Source: an uncultured Clostridia bacterium
Lineage (GTDB): Bacteria > Bacillota > Clostridia > TANB77 > CAG-508
Direction of reading: 5' to 3'
Assembly (NCBI GenBank): GCA_934184665.1
Contig: CAKPSX010000002.1
Span: forward strand, 2,753 to 66,752
DNA length: 64,000 bases
The notes under the pieces were generated by a model, which was not told the origin of the DNA, searched no databases, and saw only the letters and a program-made list of their open reading frames with translations. The translations under genes were made by a program, and so were the position numbers. This document shows positions 58,236 through 64,000 of this stretch, piece after piece; the stretch's first letter is position 1; every line of letters begins with the position of its first letter.

Positions 58236-59483
58236 GTGGCAGTAAATCCAATGCAAAGAAAAGCAAGAAATTCATTTTTATTAGGAATGATATTAACCTT
58301 ATTGATTACAGGTATAATAATAGTATTATTATTTTTACAAATGAAAAAGTTAAATGATGAAAAAGTAGCAGAAGAGGCTGCAAAAGTCAATGTTTATGCA
58401 ATAAATCAAGATGTTAAATCAGGACAAATAATTACAACAGACATGTTTACAAAAATACAAGTAAACAAAAATACAGTACCATCTAATGCAACATCTATGG
58501 ATAGTGTAATATCTACATGGACATTACAAACTAAAGATGGAAAACAAATAGAAGTTGACGAAAATGGTCTATATATTCAAGAACCTGATAATATTGAAGA
58601 AGTTACTAAAGGTGATAATAATCAATATACAAAATTAAGTGATGGCAAAACAGTAACATTAAGAACTGAACCATATACTGACCAAATCAGTGAAGATGAA
58701 ACACGTTATTTAATAGAAACAACAGAAGACGCTAAAACAGGTACAACAAGAGTTTATGAAGACATTAACACAGGTAATTGCTATATATATATAATAAATT
58801 CAGGAAAAGCAGAGAGAAAATACATAGATTTAAATGATGTTGCTATATTAGCAAAAGTTGATATGAATAAAAACACTATTATTACAAAAGACATGATAGT
58901 ACAATCAAATGCAGTTGTTACAGATGATGTTAGAGTTGAAGAATATAACATGATTTCATTACCAGCAGATTTAGCAACAGATGATTATATTGATATAAGA
59001 ATTATGTTCCCAAATGGAGAAAACTTTATAGTTGTATCAAAGAGACAAGTTGATATTCCAAAAAATGATGATGGAACATATATATCAGATACAATAAGAG
59101 TACAACTAAATGAAGAAGAAATACTAGCAATGTCAAGTGCGATAGTAGAAGCATATGGAGTAAATGGAACAAAAATATATGCAAACAAATATGCTGAACC
59201 AGGAATCCAAAGTCCAGCACTACCAACATATACACCAAACTCAGCAGTAACAGCATTAATAGAAGCTGATGCAAATATATTAGATAAAGCATCAGAGGGA
59301 TTAAGAACTAGATATTCAGATTCAGCAAAACAAATAAGAAATTCATATATACAAAGCGAAATAAATAAAATGGATTCAGAAGAATATAATCAAAATATTC
59401 AAGAAAAAACAAATACATCAATAACAAACTCAGAAGCAGCAAGAAAGTTATATCTTGAAACATTAACTGGAACAGGAAATTAG
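58236..59483 (+). CDS. CpaB/RcpC-like Flp pilus assembly protein (TM anchor plus SAF domain), unusually long
   Basis: GTG 58236 lies 7 nt after AGGAGG. N-terminal TM (FLLGMILTLLITGIIIVLLF). SAF-like segment VNVYAINQDVKSGQIITTDMFTKIQVNKNTVPSNA. 415 aa. Confidence 0.6.
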   Translation: MAVNPMQRKARNSFLLGMILTLLITGIIIVLLFLQMKKLNDEKVAEEAAKVNVYAINQDVKSGQIITTDMFTKIQVNKNTVPSNATSMDSVISTWTLQTKDGKQIEVDENGLYIQEPDNIEEVTKGDNNQYTKLSDGKTVTLRTEPYTDQISEDETRYLIETTEDAKTGTTRVYEDINTGNCYIYIINSGKAERKYIDLNDVAILAKVDMNKNTIITKDMIVQSNAVVTDDVRVEEYNMISLPADLATDDYIDIRIMFPNGENFIVVSKRQVDIPKNDDGTYISDTIRVQLNEEEILAMSSAIVEAYGVNGTKIYANKYAEPGIQSPALPTYTPNSAVTALIEADANILDKASEGLRTRYSDSAKQIRNSYIQSEINKMDSEEYNQNIQEKTNTSITNSEAARKLYLETLTGTGN

Positions 59484-59523
59484 AATATAACAATATCAAA
59501 CCATCAAAGAAAGGATGAAAAAG

Positions 59524-60210
59524 ATGATAAGAGTGGGATTTATAGGAGCATATGATAAAACAAGCTTGATATTAAGCATAGCAAAAGTTTTAAGCAAAGC
59601 AGGAAGAAAGGTTTTAGTTATAGATAGTACTATAAAACAAAAATGCAAATATGTAGTACCAGCTATAAATCCGACTAAATCATATATAACCGAATTTGAT
59701 GGTATTGATGTTGCTGTAGGTTTTGAATCATTAAAAGAAATTGAACAATATATAGGTATAGATAGTGCAGAAGAATTAGAATATGATATCATACTTATAG
59801 ATACAGATACTTATGAAGGAACAGTTAATTTTGCATTACAAAGTGCAGAAAAATTATATTATGCAACTTCATTTGATTTATATTCTTTGAAAAAAGGAAT
59901 AGAAATAATAAAACAATTAGATATACCATTACATATGACAAAATTATTTTACTCAAAAGAAATGCTAAAAGAAGAAGAAGAATATTTTGACTATTTGGCT
60001 TTAGGAGTAAAAGTTATATGGAATGAAGAAAAACTATATTTTTTACTAGAAAATGGAGATCAAGCAGCAATAATAGAAAATCAAAGATTAGAGAGAATTA
60101 AATTTAAAAATCTAAGCAATGTATATAAAGAAAATATTGCTTTTCTAGTAAATGATATTGATAACAAAATTGAAGAAAAACAGATAAAAACAATAATGAA
60201 AAATCTTTAA
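59524..60210 (+). CDS. ParA/MinD-fold protein with degenerate P-loop (TadZ/CpaE-like pseudo-ATPase)
   Basis: IRVGFIGAYDKTSLILSIAKVLSKAGRKVLVIDST...DIILIDTD follows the ParA/MinD beta1-P-loop-alpha1 and Walker B layout, but lacks GxxxxGK. ATG 59524 lies 8 nt after AAAGGA. Confidence 0.5.
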   Translation: MIRVGFIGAYDKTSLILSIAKVLSKAGRKVLVIDSTIKQKCKYVVPAINPTKSYITEFDGIDVAVGFESLKEIEQYIGIDSAEELEYDIILIDTDTYEGTVNFALQSAEKLYYATSFDLYSLKKGIEIIKQLDIPLHMTKLFYSKEMLKEEEEYFDYLALGVKVIWNEEKLYFLLENGDQAAIIENQRLERIKFKNLSNVYKENIAFLVNDIDNKIEEKQIKTIMKNL

Positions 60211-60224
60211 TAAGGAGAACAAGA

Positions 60225-61091
60225 ATGTCAATTGTAGCATTTTGGAATGATGATAAAGAGCAAACAGGAAAAACATTAGCATCTGTAGCAGTTGCAACAA
60301 GGATGTCAATGGAACGTAACTTTAAAATCTTGTTAATATCAACAGCATATAAAGATCCAACAATGGGAAATTGCTTTTTCGAAAAAAGGACAGAAAAGGT
60401 AAAAGGTCTTTTTATGGGAAAAAACAACTCTATAGCAGTAGAAAATGGCATTGAAGGATTATCTAAATTAATCAGTAGCAATAAAATTCAACCAAACATA
60501 ATTACTGACTATACAAGAGTTGTGTTTAAAGACAGATTAGAAGTTTTAAGCGGATATATTGGAGCTAAAGATAAAACAGATGTAGAAAATTATAGAGACT
60601 ATAAAAAAATTTCAGAATCATATATTGAATTAATAAGATTAGCAAATATGTATTATGATATGGTTCTAGTAGATGTTGACAATAGATTAGACCCAAATGT
60701 AAGAAAAGAAATAATAGAAATATCTCATGTTAATGTGTTTGTTTTAAGTCAAAGACTAGTAACATTACAAAGATATATAGATTTAAAAAATCAAAAAATA
60801 GATGTTTTAGGACAAAAATGTATTCCAGTTATAGGTAAATATAACAGAAACTCAAAATACAATAAGAAAAATGTCATGAGATATCTTGGAGAAAAAAAAG
60901 ATTTGAATATAATACCATATAGTACATTATTCTTTGAAGCAGCAGAAGAAGCAAATGTCACAGAGATGTTTTTAAAATTAAGAAACATTAAAGACACAAA
61001 CGATAGTAATTACTTTTTTATGGAAGAAGTACTTAAATTAACAAACAATATTATAGACAGAGTACAAGAATTGCAAAAGAAAATGAGGTGA
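60225..61091 (+). CDS. ParA/MinD-like ATPase (TadZ/CpaE-like) retaining a deviant Walker A
   Basis: SIVAFWNDDKEQTGKTLASVAVA (K-x4-GKT, like KGGxGKT), ILLIST and MVLVDVD (Walker B-like). Strong SD (AAGGAG). Confidence 0.55.
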   Translation: MSIVAFWNDDKEQTGKTLASVAVATRMSMERNFKILLISTAYKDPTMGNCFFEKRTEKVKGLFMGKNNSIAVENGIEGLSKLISSNKIQPNIITDYTRVVFKDRLEVLSGYIGAKDKTDVENYRDYKKISESYIELIRLANMYYDMVLVDVDNRLDPNVRKEIIEISHVNVFVLSQRLVTLQRYIDLKNQKIDVLGQKCIPVIGKYNRNSKYNKKNVMRYLGEKKDLNIIPYSTLFFEAAEEANVTEMFLKLRNIKDTNDSNYFFMEEVLKLTNNIIDRVQELQKKMR

Positions 61092-61095
61092 GAAG

Positions 61096-63075
61096 ATGTC
61101 AGGGATTTTTAATATAATTTTAATAATAGTTGTTTTCGTAGGTGCGGTGGCAGTAGTCTTTTATTATATAAACAAAAATAAAAATGCAGAAGTAGAACAA
61201 GAAGTTGAAAAAGATGATAAAACTTATACATTGCAACAAATGAAAGAATATGTAAAGAAAAGACTTGATGAAATTACAAAAATAAATTTATATGATATAG
61301 GATTATCAGAAGAAGAATTAAAAAGAAGAAAAAATAAGAAATATGCATTGAAAAAGGCTTTAAAAGGATGTACCTATGGAGATGTTAATGATAAAAGATA
61401 TGTTAAAGAACTTATTGCAGACTTATTATCAAAAGAATATGGAATAAATGAAACGAACATATCAAACGCAATACCATTTGACATACCTTCATTACTCACA
61501 TCACAAGATAAATTCGAAATTTTATTATATACATATAAAAAAGAATTTGGATATGAGGCATTAACACAACTAATTAAAAGATACAATTTAGCAACATTAA
61601 AATATATTCAAGGAGAAACAAAACCTTCTTATGTAATTACAAGTGATGAAATTGACGAAATATATGAAAAAGAAAAAATAGTACTATCATTCCAAGATAA
61701 ACTAGAAATCGTAGTACAAAGAATATATCAACATTATAAAGGATACAGTAGTATAGATGAAGTTAGAGATATGAACATAGATGGTGTTTCTGGTGGTGTA
61801 TCAGGTCTACCAGAAAGTTTTTTAAGCCAAGTAGCACAAACAGATGGAGATTACTTAGAACAAGTATCTGAACACAAAGTTCCAAGAGCGTGTGATAGTA
61901 TTTGGATATTCTTCCAAGGTAAATCAATACGTTTAGCTTTCTTATCATTTGGAACAGAAGCAGAACTAAAAAGAGTATGTCAAAACATATATAAATATAA
62001 CAATCCAGGACAATTATCAGATACAAATGGTTATAAAATTAATGAAATGAAAGACGGTTCTCGTGTTGTAGTTGTAAGACCAAGCATGTCAGAAACATGG
62101 GCATTCTTCGTAAGAAAGTTTGACGTTAAACGTTCAACACTTGAACAATGGTTTAAAGGTGAACCAGGATGCGATGATTCAATTGACTTATTAAAATACC
62201 TTGTAAAAGGTGCTAGAATTATATCAATCACTGGTGAGCAAGGTTGTGGTAAAACAACAATGCTTATGGGGATGATAGAAAATATATATGAAACAATGAA
62301 CTTACGTATCACAGAAACAGCATTTGAGTTGCACTTAAGAAAAATATATCCAACAAGAAACATCTTATCAATGCGTGAAACAGATACAATAGCAGGACAA
62401 GAATGTTTGGATGTTCAAAAGAAAACTGACGGTTCTGTAAACATCATAGGTGAGGTTGCTACAGACCCTGTAGCATCATGGATGATTCAATCTGCGCAGG
62501 TTGCATCAAAATTCACATTATTTACTCACCATGCTAAAACATTTCCAGACTTAGTAACAGCACTACGTAACTCAATGCTAAGAGCTGGTGTATTCAAAAA
62601 TGAAAAAACAGCTGAAGAACAAGTAGTACAAGTATTAAACTTTGATATACATTTACAAAAAGACTTTAGAGGAAAAAGATTTGTAGAAAGAATAACGGAA
62701 TGTATACCAATAGAAGAAAAAAATGAATATACATATGATCACAGAAAAGAGCCTACTCTTGAAGGAAAATTCGATAAATTTTTCGATAATGCAACACATT
62801 ATTTTGAAAAAATTACTGATAAAAAACTATATGAATATAGAAATATACTAGAGTTTATTGATGGAGAATATGTTATAACAAATAAAATCACAGATAAAAA
62901 CTTACAAGAAATGAAAGCAAATATGGATGAAAGTGATGTAGAAGAATTTAATAAATTTATAGAAAAACATTGGGGAAACTCAAAGAAACGTACAAGAGTA
63001 AAAGAAACTGTTGGAGTAGCATCAGAAGGTGAAGAAGCACCTAAAAAAAGAGGTAGAAAATCAAAAGATGTATAA
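61096..63075 (+). CDS. CpaF/TadA-like secretion ATPase (type II/IV secretion NTPase family), divergent, with an N-terminal TM helix and basic C-terminal tail
   Basis: Walker A ISITGEQGCGKTTMLMG, NIIGEVATDP (the usual GE(I/V)R box) and TLFTHHAKT (His box). N-terminal IFNIILIIVVFVGAVAVVFYYI. The C-terminus ends APKKRGRKSKDV. Confidence 0.65.
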   Translation: MSGIFNIILIIVVFVGAVAVVFYYINKNKNAEVEQEVEKDDKTYTLQQMKEYVKKRLDEITKINLYDIGLSEEELKRRKNKKYALKKALKGCTYGDVNDKRYVKELIADLLSKEYGINETNISNAIPFDIPSLLTSQDKFEILLYTYKKEFGYEALTQLIKRYNLATLKYIQGETKPSYVITSDEIDEIYEKEKIVLSFQDKLEIVVQRIYQHYKGYSSIDEVRDMNIDGVSGGVSGLPESFLSQVAQTDGDYLEQVSEHKVPRACDSIWIFFQGKSIRLAFLSFGTEAELKRVCQNIYKYNNPGQLSDTNGYKINEMKDGSRVVVVRPSMSETWAFFVRKFDVKRSTLEQWFKGEPGCDDSIDLLKYLVKGARIISITGEQGCGKTTMLMGMIENIYETMNLRITETAFELHLRKIYPTRNILSMRETDTIAGQECLDVQKKTDGSVNIIGEVATDPVASWMIQSAQVASKFTLFTHHAKTFPDLVTALRNSMLRAGVFKNEKTAEEQVVQVLNFDIHLQKDFRGKRFVERITECIPIEEKNEYTYDHRKEPTLEGKFDKFFDNATHYFEKITDKKLYEYRNILEFIDGEYVITNKITDKNLQEMKANMDESDVEEFNKFIEKHWGNSKKRTRVKETVGVASEGEEAPKKRGRKSKDV

Positions 63076-63106
63076 TAATGTACAATAGGAGGTGTTTTAA
63101 AGTAAT

Positions 63107-64000
63107 ATGGATATCAATATACTAAAATATTTTATAATAGGTTTTGCGATATTGTTTGCATTTATAATAGTTGCATATATTATATTAAGGAAAAAAATGA
63201 ACAAATCTGAATATAGACAAATGAAAAAATTGCAAGAAGGTACAAAAGCAGATACATTTTCACTAGAAATATTATATCAAAGACTATATTTAACATATAT
63301 TAAAACACCTTTTATAAAAAGATACATATATAAATTAAGAAGAAGACTAGAAATTTTAAATATAGATGATGAATATACAACAAGAAAAGATTCTGCAAGA
63401 ATTTTAACAAATGCAATATTAATATTGATACCTGTTACATTAATAACAATATTAATAACACATAGCAATATTTTGTTAATGTCAATATTATTAATATTCG
63501 AACTATTTATAGTAGACACTATGGTAGATGGAATGGTAGATAAAATTGATAATAATTTATTAAAAGAACAAATTGACTTTTTCGCAGAAATAAGACATGC
63601 ATATCATGAATATAACATGGTTGAAGAAGCGATATATCAAGTGTCTTTAGATGATGAAAAAAGTGTTTCAAAACAGGGAGAAAAAATTTATGAAATATTA
63701 ATTTCAGATGACCCTGAAACTGAGCTTGAAAAATATTATGATATAGCTCCAAATAGCTATTTAAAAGAGTTTGCAGGTATATCGTATTTAACACAAGAGT
63801 TTGGAGATAGAGAAGAAGATGGAGCTTCACTATATCTAAAAAATGTAAATAACATAACACAAGAAATGCAAATAGAAATATTAAAAAGAGATAAATTAAA
63901 TTATGTATTCCAAAGCTTGGCATTTATTTCTATTGCACCAGTATTATTACTAGAACCATTAAAAAATTGGGCAACATCAAACTTTACATTTACAAATAGC
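63107..64000 (+). CDS. Polytopic membrane protein, 3'-truncated by the window edge; position suggests a TadB/TadC-like platform protein
   Basis: Not in the supplied ORF track because it has no stop. I translated 63107-64000 by hand: 298 codons with no stop. AGGAGGTG lies 11 nt upstream. TM segments are IIGFAILFAFIIVAYIIL, ILTNAILILIPVTLITILI, LLMSILLIFELFIV and LAFISIAPVLLL. The functional call rests on context only. Confidence 0.6.
   Translation, partial: MDINILKYFIIGFAILFAFIIVAYIILRKKMNKSEYRQMKKLQEGTKADTFSLEILYQRLYLTYIKTPFIKRYIYKLRRRLEILNIDDEYTTRKDSARILTNAILILIPVTLITILITHSNILLMSILLIFELFIVDTMVDGMVDKIDNNLLKEQIDFFAEIRHAYHEYNMVEEAIYQVSLDDEKSVSKQGEKIYEILISDDPETELEKYYDIAPNSYLKEFAGISYLTQEFGDREEDGASLYLKNVNNITQEMQIEILKRDKLNYVFQSLAFISIAPVLLLEPLKNWATSNFTFTNS

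Noticed and set aside
1-64000. Scan for tRNA, rRNA, CRISPR arrays, IS elements, prophage or integrative-element hallmarks.
   Set aside because: Intergenic regions are short. None shows cloverleaf-like GC-rich structure, regularly spaced repeats, or transposase, integrase or recombinase ORFs. The absence is by-eye only and should be confirmed with tRNAscan-SE, Infernal, CRISPR finders and ISfinder-type searches.

Overview
Very AT-rich chromosomal segment; hand counts on ordinary 60-nt lines give about a quarter G+C. The host is a spore-forming Firmicute, Clostridia-like, judged from YunB, an alpha/beta SASP, a SipW-type peptidase and the IreB-RuvX-DUF1292 block. I support 57 protein-coding genes, 52 on the + strand and tightly packed. 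I saw no rRNA, tRNA, CRISPR array, transposase or integrase. All homology calls are by-eye motif recognition, with no searches run.

Layout:
- 1-10.5 kb: housekeeping genes (LysM protein, yunB, miaB, mutS, sipW-like, an orphan 555-aa gene, rpe, pgi, acyl-ACP thioesterase).
- 10.7-14.7 kb: an unusual three-gene set. It holds a small secreted two-TM protein, a 797-aa TadZ/CpaE-like protein carrying two canonical AT-hooks, and a degenerate GGDEF protein.
- 14.7-15.7 kb: ireB-ruvX-DUF1292.
- 15.8-21.0 kb: a Bce-type peptide-antibiotic sensing and detoxification module (RR, intramembrane HK, ABC ATPase, 10-TM FtsX permease).
- 21.0-21.5 kb: a sharply bounded island of about 50% G+C. It holds one orphan 104-aa gene with its own consensus promoter and terminator.
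- 21.6-32.1 kb: murC, a 1441-aa double-activase fusion protein, mutS2, an orphan prepilin-like gene behind a long structured leader, and hpf.
- 32.2-56.7 kb: a Wzx/Wzy-type polysaccharide locus, interrupted at 33.3-38.4 kb by a Type III restriction-modification system. It contains a MenD-like ThDP enzyme with an SDR, two pyruvyl transferases with an FrhB-like Fe-S protein, and an embedded sortase/LAYTG-substrate module. Wzz, BY-kinase and PHP-phosphatase genes sit at its 3' end.
- 56.8-58.1 kb: a SASP gene and a Cof-type HAD hydrolase.
- 58.2 kb to the window end: an atypical Tad/Flp-like secretion locus.

Best novelty candidates:
- The split, atypical Tad-like system, made of the 10.7-14.7 kb set plus the 58.2-64 kb locus. 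It features AT-hook or basic DNA-binding-like tails, degenerate ParA-like proteins and a membrane-anchored CpaF-like ATPase.
- The GC-rich orphan cassette at 21.0-21.5 kb.
- The MenD-like/SDR pair and the sortase module inside the polysaccharide locus.
- The structured leader in front of the orphan prepilin-like gene.
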